From: Octopus sinensis
Taxonomy: Eukaryota
Direction: 5' to 3'
NCBI RefSeq assembly: GCF_006345805.1
Contig: NC_042999.1
Coordinates: forward strand, 83,142,001-83,206,000
DNA: 64,000 nucleotides
Position 1 is the stretch's first letter. Each line of letters starts with the position of its first letter. The notes beneath the pieces were generated by a model. It had not been told where the DNA came from and made no database searches. It saw only the letters and a list, made by a program, of their open reading frames with translations. Position numbers and translations under genes: made by a program. Below, piece after piece: positions 1 to 12,949 of this stretch.

Positions 1-270
1 ATATATCTAAGTACGTATATATATATATATATCTAAGTACGTATATATATATATATATATCTAAGTACGTATATATATATATATATATATATATCTAAGT
101 ACGTATATATATATATATATATATATACAGACCCCAGTTGAACCGTCCAACCCATGCTAGCATGGAGAACGGACGCTAAATGATGATGATGTATATATTT
201 ATATATATACATATACACAAATGTGTGTGTATATATATATATGTATATATTATATATACATATACACAAA

Positions 271-329
<59 letters not shown>

Positions 330-350
330 TTATATATACATATACACAAA

Positions 351-389
<39 letters not shown>

Positions 390-397
390 TATATATA
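1..397. repeat. Compound microsatellite: CTAAGTACG(TA)n x4, then (TA)n/(TG)n VNTR
   Basis: Directly visible tandem units; interrupted at 128-191 by a LINE 3' end. Confidence 0.9.
128..191 (+). mobile_element. RTE-type LINE extreme 3' end (abundant family, (ATG)n tail)
   Basis: AACCGTCCAACCCATGCTAGCATGGAGAACGGACGCTAAATGATGATG matches the 3' end of many other copies in the window. Confidence 0.75.
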
Positions 398-748
398 CAC
401 GCACAATCTGTTGATATCTGGAATAAGTCATCAATCATTATTATCATATACTTTAAATTACACAGGCACACTCACTCACACGCATGTATATTATTTTTAT
501 TTCATGCTATTGTGAGCAATGGTGTCATTGGTTTTGAGGTTTCCTAACAGGCCAATTTCTGGTTCATAGCATTTCCGATGGGGAGAGTGACAAAAGAGTG
601 TAACTCGGACAGAATAAATACCACATGATATTTTTGTCTGTGGCTCTGATTTATTGTCAATTCTTTGCCAGTGCGTGTAACTTTCAATGTTATTACATGG
701 ACACATATGCATGCCCACATGCACGTGAGCGCGCACACACACACCCAA

Positions 749-1015
749 CATCATCATCATTTAATATCTGTTTTCCATTCTGGCATGGTTGGAGTAGCTT
801 GACAGGAAGTGGCAAGGCCAAGGGCTACACTTGGTTTCGCAGTCTATTTTGGCATGATTTCTATGACTGGATGACTCTTCCTAATGCCAAACACTTGACA
901 GAATGTACTGGGTTCTCTTTACATGGCACCATCACCCATTATTTTTACATGGCACTGGCACTAGTGTTCTTGATGTGGAACCAGCATGGGGGCATTTTAT
1001 CTGGCACCAGTACCA
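749..1015 (-). mobile_element. RTE-type LINE 3' UTR fragment, diverged
   Basis: (CAT)n followed by TTTCCATTCTGGCATGGTTGG...CTTCCTAATGCCAA, shared with other copies. Confidence 0.65.
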
Positions 1016-1247
1016 ACACCAGTTGGCACACACACACACACATAATGTTATTCCTCATGTGTAATGATACTGAAACTAGGATCATGTTGCTGTGAAATAA
1101 AGGGCTAAATTTAATATACAATACAAGCATGGAACACTCACATATAGTACTTGGAGTTTGCCACTAGTCAAAGGTGTGAATTTATTTCCAATCAATAGCC
1201 AACACACATCATCTTTTATCAGCTTTCTTACATACTTACATTGATAT

Positions 1248-1283
<36 letters not shown>

Positions 1284-1353
1284 AGGTCATATATACACAC
1301 ACACACACAACATATATATATATATAATATATATATAATATATATATATATAT

Positions 1354-1544
1354 AAGGCAATGACGAAAGACCGAGACCTCTGGAGATATGCTGTGACAGC
1401 AAAGACCCGACAAATAAAGTGAGTTCATGGCTGTATCCTACACCAGCTTCACATAACCAGCCCTAGCCCTTTCAAAGTACCTTGGATCGCAGAATGTCCA
1501 ATCCATGCTAGCATGGAAAACAGACGTTAAATGATGATGATGAT
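1354..1544 (+). mobile_element. RTE-type LINE: ORF C-terminus, shortened 3' UTR and (ATG)n tail
   Basis: 1354-1422 translates KAMTKDRDLWRYAVTAKTRQIK*, matching the RTE C-terminal DR..WR motif. Confidence 0.75.
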
Positions 1545-1545
1545 A

Positions 1546-1598
<53 letters not shown>

Positions 1599-1632
1599 AT
1601 ATATGACCTGGTTTTCCTTGAGTTACATTAAT

Positions 1633-1797
1633 GAGTGTTCCAGATGATTTAATCAACAGAACAGTCTGCTTGTGAAATTAATGTGCGAGTGGCTGATTAC
1701 TCCACATACATGCATACTGTTAATGTAGTTCTCAGAGAGGTCCAGCGTGACACACCGAATGTGACAGGGCCATCCCATTGAACTGCAGGTACAACTC
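1633..1797 (+). mobile_element. SINE body fragment (possibly Ceph-type central domain)
   Basis: Reverse-complement homologue of 1837-2011; family name from recollection, unverified. Confidence 0.6.
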
Positions 1798-1805
1798 TTT
1801 CACCT

Positions 1806-2035
1806 CAACTTTCTCTCACTCTTTCTTCCTGTTTCTGTTGTACCTGTATTTCAAAGGGCCAGCCTTGTCACATTCAGTGCCATGCTGAACCCCCCCCCCA
1901 TCTCCTCCCCATGAACTATGTTAAGGGTTCATGTGTCTCTGGAGTGCTCAGCCACTTGCACGTTAATTTCACGAGCAGGCTGTTCCGTTGATCGGATCAA
2001 CTGGAACCCTCGTCGTCATAACTGACGGAGTGCCA
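1806..2035 (-). mobile_element. SINE body fragment of the same family, inverted relative to 1633-1797
   Basis: Minus strand reads GAGGGTTCCAGTTGATCCGATCAACGGAACAGCCTGCTCGTGAAATTAACGTGCAAGTGGCTGAGCACTCC. Confidence 0.65.
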
Positions 2036-2094
2036 TGAAGATATATATATACACACACAGATATATGTAATATATATATGTACATATATACATA

Positions 2095-2164
<70 letters not shown>

Positions 2165-2889
2165 ATATGTACGTACACACACACACATATGTACACTATT
2201 TTTTATCTGTTTCTGTGAAATCTCTATGTATGTATTTGTATATGTGTAATCCCGTGTGTGTTAGCCTATATGTGTGTGTTGCACCACTAATGTTTTTTTG
2301 TTTTGTTTGTGTCTATAGATGTGTGTGTGTGTATGTAAATTAACTATTTGCTAACCCAGTTTTCTTTTTGTTTTATTTTCATGTCTGTCTGGCTGTCTGT
2401 CTGCCTGCCTCTAATCCTATTAGTTTTTTTTTTTTCCTTCTCATTTTCTTTTTGTTTGCTTCAATCATTCATACCACCACCACCAGCATCATCATCATCA
2501 TCATCTTATTTGTATTCTTGGCACACATCTCTCTCTTTCTCTCACACACATAGTGATTGACCCTGACAGTTTTGCATCTATGGTGAGGTCACATTGGTGA
2601 GAGAGGGAGGGAGATGAAGAGATAAAGGTATGAGAGGTACAGACAGAGATGGTGGGATCAGAAGAGCTGAGAGGTAGGAGAAAATGCAGTGTTTGTTTGT
2701 TTGTGTGTGTGTGTATAGGTAGATAGATAGGTGTGTGTGTGTGTGTGTGTATGTGAAAGAGAGTAGGGAGAAATTACTGCAAGAGTCATAGAGTTGATTC
2801 CCAATAGAATGGAGAGAAAGAAAGGGAAGAAAAATAGAAGAGATCTTGTGGGAGTGTACAAAGAAAGAGAATGAGTTTATAGTGAATTA

Positions 2890-3179
2890 TATGTGTGTGT
2901 GTGTGTGTGTGTGTACATATATATATATATATATGTGTATGTATGTATGTGTCTTTGTATGTATATATATATATATATATGTATGTATGTGTCTATGTAT
3001 GTATATATATATATATATATATATGTGTGTCTGTGTGTATATATATATATATATATGTGTGTCTGTGTGTATATATATGCATGTGTGTGTGTGTGTGTAT
3101 ATATATTATATATATGTATGTATGTATGTGTCTTTGTATGATATATATATTATATATATGTATGTATGTGTCTATGTAT

Positions 3180-3211
<32 letters not shown>

Positions 3212-3702
3212 CTGTATGTATATATATATATATATGTGTGTCTGTGTGTATATATATGCATGTGTGTGTGTGTGTGTATGTATGTGTATATATATATATG
3301 CATGTATGTGTGTATATATATATATGTATGTATGTGTGTATATATATATATATATGTATGTATGTGTGTATATATATATATATGTATGTATGTGTATGTA
3401 TGTATATATATATGTGCGTGTGTACGTGTCTATATATATGTGTATACATGTATGTATGTGTGTATATATGTATGTGTATGTATGTATGTATATATATGTG
3501 TGTATATATATGTATGTGTATATATGTATGTATGTTTGTGCTTGTGTACGTGTCTATATATATGTGTATACATGTATGTATGTATATGTGTATATATGTG
3601 TATGTATGTATGTGTGTGTGTATATATATATATGTATGTGTATATATATATGTATGTTTGTGTATATGTGTGTGTGTGTGTATGTATATACATGGGAGAG
3701 AG
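2890..3702. repeat. (TG)n/(TA)n/(TATG)n compound microsatellite array
   Basis: Directly visible. Confidence 0.95.
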
Positions 3703-3852
3703 AGAGAGGTGTAGGGAGGGAGAAGTAGAGAAGGATCACATGGAAGACTAGTTGTTTATAGGAGAGAAATGGTAGAGAGTGAGGAGTAAAAAACTAGTTC
3801 ATAGTAAATGTTTTGAAGGGAAGAGGAGAAACAGTGTTTTCCAGACAGAGAG

Positions 3853-3900
<48 letters not shown>

Positions 3901-4149
3901 AGAAATCTTCCTGGTGACTGGTGGTGACTGCATACTGTTAACTGTCTGCTATTATTCCAGCTATTTATGCATAGCACAAACACCACCAGCACATCCCCCA
4001 ACACCACAATGCTAGTCCTGTGCAGACCAGGCCAGACCAGACTAGACCAGTCCACTTGCAGTCCAGTTTGCTTGCTCCTTGGTTTATTTTTAAGTCTTGT
4101 ACAAAGACAGGTACACAGACAGAAAGAAGACGTTTAAGGTAAACCAAGC

Positions 4150-4790
4150 AGGCAGTCAGCCGGACAAGCAGGTAAGTAGGTGGACAGATAGACTGATGTG
4201 TAGATAGATATATATATATATATGTAGGTAGATTGATATATATATATATATAGGTAGATTGGTAATTGTTGCTGGATAGATAAGGACATGGACAGGTAGA
4301 TGGATATATAGGTATTTTGATAATTGATGCATAGTTAAGGACATGGACAGATAAATAAATAGATTGATGTATATACATATATATATATATATATATATCT
4401 GTTTGTTGTCTACACCACCTGTCTTCATCTTTTGTTTGTTTTTGTGATAGATTGATAGTTGGTGCTGGACAGGTAAGGACATGGACAGATAGACAAATAA
4501 ACTGATGCATAGGTAGATTGATAATTGGCACTGGATAGATAGGTAGACAGAGACAGGGAGATTGGTGACTGGTTGACATGTAGATAGACAGACAGGTAAA
4601 TAGATAGAATAATAGACAGGTAAGAAGATAGATAAACAGAGAGAAGTATAAATAACTTAGGCATGTAAATAGGTTGGTAGATTGAGAGAAGTGGAGCGAC
4701 TGATGAACACGTCAGATAGGTAAATAAGTAGGTAGATTGAAAGACAATGGATGGTGTATAGCTTGGTGTCTGATAGATTGATATAAGGGC
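4150..4790. repeat. (GATA/GACA)-derived degenerate satellite
   Basis: AGAT/AGAC units; recurring TAAGGACATGGACAG at about 4279, 4336 and 4534. Confidence 0.75.
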
Positions 4791-5814
4791 AGAGATTAGA
4801 GATTTAAACCCTTAAGTGAAGGGGTACAGGGCATTTACAGACAGTTGACAAATAGATAGCTGCATAGGTAGACACTTGATGTGCTAGAAAAAAGGGTTAT
4901 GAGAGATGCACTTGTAAAAATTACGTGCAAACCTACACACACACACACACACACACATGGTCAAGAATTGATTACATGTTGTCTCTTCCCTGTCTTTCCC
5001 CCTCTATTTCTTTTCTTTCCCTCTCTCTCCCTCTCCCTCTCTCATTGCCATTGATTCATTACATGGACTGCCTATTTTTTTTACAGCCATTCAGTATCTT
5101 ACTTCTCATCTACATCTCATAGAGAGCCTGTCTTTGGTTCAGCGATGAGACACTAAACAACAACAGCAACAGTTTTAGGATTGATTAAATTGGCTGAACC
5201 AGGCTCACTCTCACTTTAAGTCTGGGTCAAACTATCTTCATCATGCTGGGATTTGTAGTACAATATCTGACACCTTGAGATTTAAAGTGGGGGTGGGGAG
5301 GGAAGAAGAAAAAAATGAAAGAAGGTTAATACCTATATCTTTAAAAATCATGGTGAATGTTTTTCTTTTAGCTGGGGGCCTTTCAATTGTTGCTAAGAAA
5401 GCCAGTCATTTTCACATCTCATTGTTGTGAAAATGTGAATAACATTTATTCTCTTCAGCTAAAATTCATATTTCGGTGCTTTGACATTATGGTGCTCCCT
5501 GTGGTGCAGTTAAAGCAAACCTTAAAATCATTTCTGCATTCATTATACTGTCGATTTTTTTTCATGCTGTCATGGTTTGAAAAGAAGTGATTTTGAGGCA
5601 AGATTTTATGACCTGGATGCTCTTCCCATCACCAACACCTACATTTTTTTCAAGTAAAAGATTGTTACATTCTACAAGGCTTTGAAAGTGGTAGAGTAAC
5701 TGGTTGTAATGTCAAACAGAAACAAAAGCATCATCACCTTTGCTTTCAAACAGTGACAAATACAATATCTGCATCCATGCCCATTTGCATGTGCATACAC
5801 ACATGCACAACAGA

Positions 5815-5970
5815 CTACTACAGATTCTTGCCTACTAAACTCATTAACAGGGCATTGGTCAACTCAGGGCTATAGCAGAAAACACTTGCCCAAGGTGTCA
5901 TGCAGTGAGGATGAATCTAAAACCATGTGTTTGGGAAGCAAACTTTTTACCATGTAGTCACATCTGCACC
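5815..5970 (-). mobile_element. tRNA-headed SINE family B (CORE-like) fragment
   Basis: ACACTTGCCCAAGGTG...ACCATGTG, reverse complement of the family B head. Confidence 0.6.
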
Positions 5971-6049
5971 TAGTGTGTGTGTGTGTGTAAACTTAAGTCC
6001 AAGCTTCGTTATCATGGGAAAATGGATGCTAAAAGCAAATGAACAAATG

Positions 6050-6842
6050 TATCATCATTTATCATTTAACAACTGTTTTCCATGCTAGCATGGGTTGGAC
6101 AGTTTGACCGAAAACTGGTAAGCTGGAGATCTGTACCAGGTTTCAATCTGATTTGGCATAATTTCTACAGTAGAATGCCCTTCCTACCACCAACCACTCC
6201 AAGAGTGTGGTGGGTGCTTTTTATGTACCAATGGCATGAGTGCCAGTTATGAAACACCGGCATTGGCCATGACTGCAATCTCATTTGGCTTGACAGGTCT
6301 TCTTAAGCATGGTATTTTCTTTTCTACTCTAGGCACAAAGCCCAAAATTTTGGGGGAGGGGCCCAGTCAATTAGATCAACCCCAGTACACAACTGGTACT
6401 TAATTTTATCAACCCCAAAAGGATGAAATGCAATATCGATCTCGGCAGAATTTGAACTCAGAACATAAAGACAGACGAAATACTGCTAAGCATTTCACCT
6501 GGCATGCTAATGTTTCTTATTTCTTTATTGCCCACAAGAGGCTAAACATAGAGGGAACAAACAAAGACAGACAAACAGATTAAGTCGATGTAATCGACTG
6601 ACCCCAAAAGGATGAAATGCAAAATCAACCTCGGCGGAATTTGATCTCAGAACGTAATGCCAGACGAAATACCACTAAGCATTGCGCCTGGCATCCTAAC
6701 GTTTCTGTCACCTTAAAGCATGGTATATTGCTAAAGGTATCAGTCACTTGTCACTGCCTCCATGAGGCCCAAAGACCGAAATGTGCTTTTTAAGTGCCAC
6801 CAGTATGGGTGCCTGTTACATGATACTGGGATTGGCCACAAG
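6050..6842 (-). mobile_element. RTE-type LINE 3' UTR copy interrupted by a SINE dimer
   Basis: Family sequence on both sides of the 6316-6715 insertion. Confidence 0.65.
6316..6715 (-). mobile_element. SINE family A heterodimer (tail-A monomer plus tail-B monomer) with 11-bp TSD
   Basis: AAGCATGGTAT at 6305-6315 and 6716-6726; two B-box-containing heads. Confidence 0.75.
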
Positions 6843-7898
6843 CACTAGTAGAATTATAGAATTTTAATGGATGAATCACAGTTCAACACAAGTATCTGTT
6901 CATTTATATGTCATATATAGATCAAACCGATTTCTCCGTTGCAAGCAGTTTAATAACAGAGTGTTCAAAGCTGTATTGAGCTCGCTGGTACACACTTTAG
7001 GGGGTTTGTTTATTAAACACAGGGCTTGATAAAATGCATGCAAGCAACATCCTAAGAAGAAGCTGATTCATTCAAATGTTACTCCTAGTTTTTGCAACTG
7101 TGTACTGTACCTGCCTGCCCTTTGGTTTACAGTGCTCTTACTAGTTACAAATCTGAGCGGTACTTGTCATTTGGTGCCCCTAGACCACTTGTGGGAGTGG
7201 AGCAGCAAGAGCGAAGTAAGTCCCTTTGTCTACGAAGCTTGCTATGATGTCAGAGGCAGAATATGACCCACCAAGCCTTTGTTTGAGGCTTCCATTTAGT
7301 TCACATCTGCCAAGCTTTGTAAGGAGGTGGTGGTTGTGGGTTTTGCGATTGAAGCAAATAACATTAAAACAAAGCCAAAGAAAATAAAATACAGAACGCA
7401 ATACAAATGTTATAATAATGTAAAATGTTTTGCAGGTGTTTTATAATGCATGCTGCACTACAACACTGCATTTGTGCACTGTAGTAGCAGCAGCACTATT
7501 GACTCGATTTTCAGATGTGCATATGGAGGGGAAGACTGGTTCTTTGTGTGTGTGTTATATACATACACACACGCACACACACACACACACACACTCACAC
7601 ACACAATGTATGGATGTTCTGCAGCTGCCAAGTGGAACATGGCTTATTATGTCACCTGCCATTGCCTGTCTTTTGTTCTCATGGGAACAATCAGATGGAA
7701 GTGGATATGGTGTTTGGGGTGCGTGTGCATGTTTCTCCTGCTATTTGAATGATGATAATACTGATTATTATGACAGTTAGGGGTGGATGATGACAACGTT
7801 GTTGTTGTTAGGTCCTTGGTCAGCTCTGATTCAGTGGACCTAATCGAATATGTTCCAGCTTCCTGTTACAACCAATCTATCTTTTATTTTTGACTTAC

Positions 7899-8308
7899 AG
7901 GTGCAGGCTTAGCTGTGTGGTAAGAAGCTTGCTTCCTAACCACCTGGTTCTGGGTTGAGTCCAATTGCATCACAACTTGGTCAGGTGTCTTCTTTTATAA
8001 CTCCAGACTGACCAAAGAGTTGTGAGTAGATTTGGTGGACAGAAACTGAAAGAAGCCTGTTGTATATATGAGTGTATCTATATAGCAAATCGTGTGTGTG
8101 TTTGTCCCTCAACATTGCTTAATAACTGGTGTTGTTTGTTGTTTTTTTTTACGTCCCTGTAACTTAAGTCTTTCCACAAAAAAGAATGATAAAAAAAGTA
8201 CTTGGCTTTCACAAAATAACCACTGCAGTTGATTTGTTCAATTAAACCCTTCAAAGCAGTGCTCCAGCATGGCCACTGTCCAATGGTTGAAACAATCAAA
8301 AAGGTAAA
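7899..8308 (+). mobile_element. SINE family B (CORE-like), near full length, diverged
   Basis: GGTGCAGG..GCTGTGTGGTAAGAAGCTTGCTTCC head; GCTCCAGCATGGCCAC 3' part. Confidence 0.7.
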
Positions 8309-8381
8309 AATAATGTCGAGACACACATCAGAGGTTCACTTGTGATATACTTTTATGTCTTGAAAGAGTTATTACACCAAC

Positions 8382-8423
<42 letters not shown>

Positions 8424-8691
8424 ACACACACAAAGGTTCAGTTCTACTTCTTTGTTATTGTCTATCAGTAAAGAAATGGAATTGAACCTGTGTATGTGTT
8501 ATTATTATCATTATTATTAATGTAATCATTTTTCCAAGACACAACAAAATTTGTTTTAACACGTGATTTCATGTCAAGAATCTTGCAAATCAAACTGAAA
8601 ACTCACTAGTGATAGTTTTACATCTTTAGATAGTTCTGGCTGTAGTGATAGTTCTGTTGGTGACATTGTGGATCAAGAAGAAAGTAGGGGT

Positions 8692-8923
8692 AAGGCGGCA
8701 AGCTGGCAGAAATGTTAGCATGCCCGGCGAAATGCTTAGTGGTATTTCGTCTGCCGCTACGTTCTGAGTTCAAATTCCGCCAAGGTTGACTTTGCCTTTC
8801 ATCCTTTTGGGGTCGATAAATTAAGTAACAGTTATGCACTGGGGACGAAGTAATCAACTTAATCCGTTCGTCTGTCTTTGTTTGTCTCCTCTATGTTTAG
8901 CCCCTTGTGGGCAATAAAGATAT
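8692..8923 (+). mobile_element. SINE family A full-length copy (tail A) with 17-bp TSD
   Basis: Head with GAGTTCAAATTCC B-box; central CTTTCATCCTTTTGGGGTCGATAAA block; TSD AAGAAGAAAGTAGGGGT at 8675-8691 and 8924-8940. Confidence 0.9.
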
Positions 8924-9098
8924 AAGAAGAAAGTAGGGGTTGTTTCACTCCAGGTCAGCTTTAACTGAGATGCTTTGATCAAAGGCTTTCAAAGCTTTGA
9001 CCATTTCATTTGTGCCTGCCACCACCCATCCTCTTTGTTTTTGCAGGTATTACCCATTTAAACCATTGCTTTGTTGCTTTGTTTATTCAAAGCAGTAG

Positions 9099-9630
9099 GG
9101 TGTAATCTGAGGCAAATTTGGCTGCTGTTTCTTGAAAGTCATGTGACCACATGGATGCTCCCTTACTGGCCCTTAAATGTGTTTGTATGGTGGTGGTAAT
9201 TAATGGATAATGATATTGGTAATGGTTGGTGTAATTTGGGGCAAATTTGACTGCTACTTCTAGAAAGTCAAGTGACCACATGGATGCTCCCTTACTGGCC
9301 CTTAAATGTGTTTGTAGTGGTAGTGGTGGTGGTGATGGTGGTAGTGGTGGCAACAAATGGATAACGATATTGGTAATGGCTGGTGTAATTAAGGCATCAA
9401 GGTGTAATTTGAGGCAAAATTGGCTGCTATTTCTAAAATGTTGTGTGACCACATGGATGCTCCCTTATTGGCCCTTAAATGTGTTTGTAGTGGTAATGGT
9501 GGTAATGAGTGGATAATGATATTGGTAATGGCTGGTGTAATTAAGGCATCAAGGTGTAATTCGAGGCAAAATTGGCTGCTTTTTCTAAAATGTTGTGTGA
9601 CCCTTATTGACCCTTAAATGTGTTTACATA
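9099..9630 (+). repeat. Minisatellite, 4 units (periods 129, 173, 152 bp; last unit truncated)
   Basis: Units start GGTGTAAT at 9099, 9228, 9401, 9553; shared GTGACCACATGGATGCTCCCTTA.TGGCCCTTAAATGTGTTT. Confidence 0.9.
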
Positions 9631-10201
9631 GGGAGTGGTGGAGATGGTGGTGGTGATGAACAAGGCCATGATATTACTGGTGGCTGATCAATGCCGTCGG
9701 TGTTAATAGTGCATATTATAGATGTAGGTTGACTTGTGGTTAGATATGATGTCATACGGTTTCATATGGTTTTGTTGGTGCTGTCGTTGGCGGTGGTTTT
9801 CTTGTTGGTGTTTGGTAATAGTTGTATGGTAAGGTTAATAATGTCGTTGTTAGTGGTGTTTGCGATGTTATTGGTGGTGGCGGTGGCAGTGGCGAGGAGA
9901 ATGGTGCTGGTTACATAACGCTTGCAATAATGCTTGTGGTGGTGATGGTGGTGGTGGTGTTTTAATGAATGACGGCAGTGCTCAGGTGGTGGTGGTAGTG
10001 CCGGTGGTAGTGTGGAATTGCAGTGATTTTTTATTGTTGTTGAATGGATGGCAATGGTAGCAATAGTACTAGCGGTGGTGGAGGAGGGGGTCTGGTTCGG
10101 CGGGAGGTGGGGGGAGGTTGAGATATGGTTAGATTCTGTGTGAATAGAAATGGTAATTGAATTCACTGGAATGTTTTGACCTTTCTCCCCGAGTTTTAGG
10201 G

Positions 10202-10241
<40 letters not shown>

Positions 10242-10339
10242 TATATTGGCTAGTATGGTGTAGTGAGTTATAATAGGTATTATGATATATGAGTCTGTTA
10301 TTTTCTGCATATGTATGTCTCCATCCGTGTGTGTATGTG

Positions 10340-10370
<31 letters not shown>

Positions 10371-10818
10371 GTGTGTGTGTGATAGATTATGTTTTTGATA
10401 TGTCGGTGTGGTGTGCACGAGTGTGTCAGTATTGTTGTGTCAGTGTTAGTACATGTGTGTATGTGTGTTCATGTGTGCGTTGCTGTTGTTAGCGTTGCTT
10501 GTGTATGTATCTGTCTCAGTGTTGCATGTGTATCTTTCTATGTGTGTGTGTTGGTTGGTAGGTAGGTAGGTATTGGAGTAGGGAAACGAGCAGGTAGGGT
10601 GGTTCATGGGAGATTTTTCATTCATACAGAAGTAGGTAACTTGTTCATATGCTAAGTGATGGAGATGATGATGATGATGACTATTTATGGCATTGATGCA
10701 AGTCTGGGGAAGATGTATGATGGAGATGATGATGATGATATGTATATATACATGTACAGATGTATTTATTTATTTATATCACAAAGAATGGACACATACT
10801 CACTTGTGTGTGTGTATA

Positions 10819-10860
<42 letters not shown>

Positions 10861-11368
10861 TACATACATATACACAAGCACATACTCATGTATTTGTGAG
10901 TATGATAATGTGTATATAAGTACATATCTAAAACACACATACATACATACATACACACACACACGCACACATATATATATCATTTACGTGACATATATAT
11001 AAATAACTGATGTAAAACAGGCAATTTTTCCCCTAACAGACAGGATTAAATTTTAATTTACTCAGCTAGAAAACGTGTTTAAGCTCTTTCCCTCGACTTT
11101 ACAAGAACTCTTATACTTCATTGCAGTTATATATTCTAAATGTAGTACTGAAGTGAGGAGGGGGAGTAGCAACCAGTGAATAAAAGTGGTAGATGTTGGG
11201 GTGGGTGTATAAGAATAAGAACTCTGTGTTGCAGTGGTTAGTGTGCAGTTTTCTGCATATCGTGGTTTTGCCGTTTTCCAGATTCTGCAAGCAATTATTA
11301 TTCGAATTATTCTCGATATGAAATCCAAGATCTTTCAGTGAAAATGTGATGTTGTGATTGCACACCTT

Positions 11369-11815
11369 TCATCATCATCATCATCGTCACTTCACATCTG
11401 CTTTTCCATGCTGGCATGGGTTAGATGGGTTGACAGGAGCTGGCCAGCCAGGGAGCTGTCCAGACTCCAATTGTCTTTTGTGGCATGGTTTCGACTGGAT
11501 ACCCATCATGACACCAGTCACTTTACAGAATGTGTTGGGGTGCTTTTTATGTCACACCAGCACAGGTGTATTTATGCAGCATCACCACAAGTGCACTTTA
11601 TGTGATACCTTCGCCGGTGTTGCTGCTTTATAAAGTGCAAGCCTGTATGCAAGGACAGCGGCAATTTTACTTGGCTTGACATGTCTTCCCAAGTACAGCA
11701 AATCACCACACCACCTGGTCCCTTGTCATTTTCCTCAGTGAGGCCCAGCATCTGAAGATCTTTTTTCACCACTTCATCCTACATCTTCCTGAGTTTACCC
11801 CTTGCATAAGTTCTC
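11369..11815 (-). mobile_element. RTE-type LINE 3' end with decayed ORF C-terminus
   Basis: Minus strand RGKLRKM*DEVVKKDLQMLGLTEE resembles RTE RGRPRK.W..V..DL..LGL; (CAT)n tail. Confidence 0.75.
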
Positions 11816-11944
11816 TTCAGTACAGCAACATAGTTGGCACAGGTTTGGCTGTGTGGTCAAGCGGCTTGTTTCTCGACCACATGGTCTTGGATGTGGTCCT
11901 ACAGTGTGCCAACTTGGGCAAGTATATTCTACTATCAGCGCCAG

Positions 11945-12330
11945 TGTTCAGTTGGCATTTATTTCATCGACCCTGAAAGGGTGAAAGACAAAGTTGACCT
12001 TGGCAGAGTTTGAACTCGGAACATTAAGAGCCAAAAGAAATGCTACTAAGCATTTTGCCTGACATGCTAATGATTCTGCCCGCTTGGTATCTTAGATGCT
12101 GCTATTACCACTACTACTACTATTTCTACTACTATTACTGGTGATGATGATTATAATGATGGCAATAATTTCTGATTTAGGCAAAAGGTTAGCAATTCTG
12201 AGATTATGGGAGTAGTTGATATCATTAACCCCAGTATTTGAGAAGTACTTATTTTATCAACCTTGGAGGGATGTAAGGCGAACTTGACCTCTGCAAGATT
12301 TGAACTCTAAACATAAAGAGCTTGAAGATT
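11945..12330 (-). mobile_element. Two diverged SINE family A copies (about 11945-12092 and 12168-12330)
   Basis: Reverse-complemented central block and TTTGAACTC B-box in each. Confidence 0.6.
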
Positions 12331-12399
12331 ATGTAATTATTTCATCAACAATATATTACTGGTATTTATCATCATCATCACCATTATTAATTTGTCATC

Positions 12400-12820
12400 T
12401 AAATACCTTAAAAGGCCATACTTTAGGTTGATTTTCTTTTTTGCCTATCATATCTCGAACTGACATCATTATTTTGTCTTTGAGGCCCATTGTTCTCAGA
12501 TCTAGTCTCAATATGTCTTTTTTGATTTTCTCTTACATATGACACTTGCATGACACTTTTTTTTCCATCTAGCAGGTGTCCTCAATTTTTTTCTTTTCAT
12601 TCATCCATATTAAATGACACTCTTTTCTTCTCTTAGAGACATTTCAACCGATGCCATTAACACTCAACCGCATAATAAGCTTAGTTGTTTTCCACCTGCC
12701 ATGCAGGTTAATTTCTGTTGTATATCCAGCAGATCATTCCCTATTTCTCCAATCTCTATAGTTCTTGAATATTTAACAACCATGTCTTCATTACTCTGCA
12801 GCATTTCTCTTCTTAACACT
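12400..12820 (-). pseudogene. Highly decayed RTE-type reverse-transcriptase C-terminal region
   Basis: Minus-strand pieces such as LQSNEDMVVKY and LRLDLRTMGL in RTE order, with stops and frameshifts. Confidence 0.4.
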
Positions 12821-12949
12821 TCTTCTTCATTCATATATATATATATATATATACCATATATAGTATAGCATCATATATTATCGACTGCTATTTCCAGTAA
12901 ACATTGGTGCTTTGTTTTACTGGGAAGCAATACTACTGTATTGTACTAT

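Noticed and set aside
551-605. Further weak exon candidates (QFLVHSISDGESDKRV here; also 2554-2582 and about 11282-11340)
   Set aside because: Splice signals are weak or incomplete, and phases do not assemble into a consistent model
7180-7401. Protein-like minus-strand ORF and faint resemblance to 28S rRNA
   Set aside because: No recognisable motif or splice support on the minus strand; the rRNA similarity is short and gapped
9640-10140. Thr/His/Val-rich ORFs (also 16158-16493 and 60803-61367)
   Set aside because: Degenerate (GGT)n/(ACC)n/(AAC)n trinucleotide repeats
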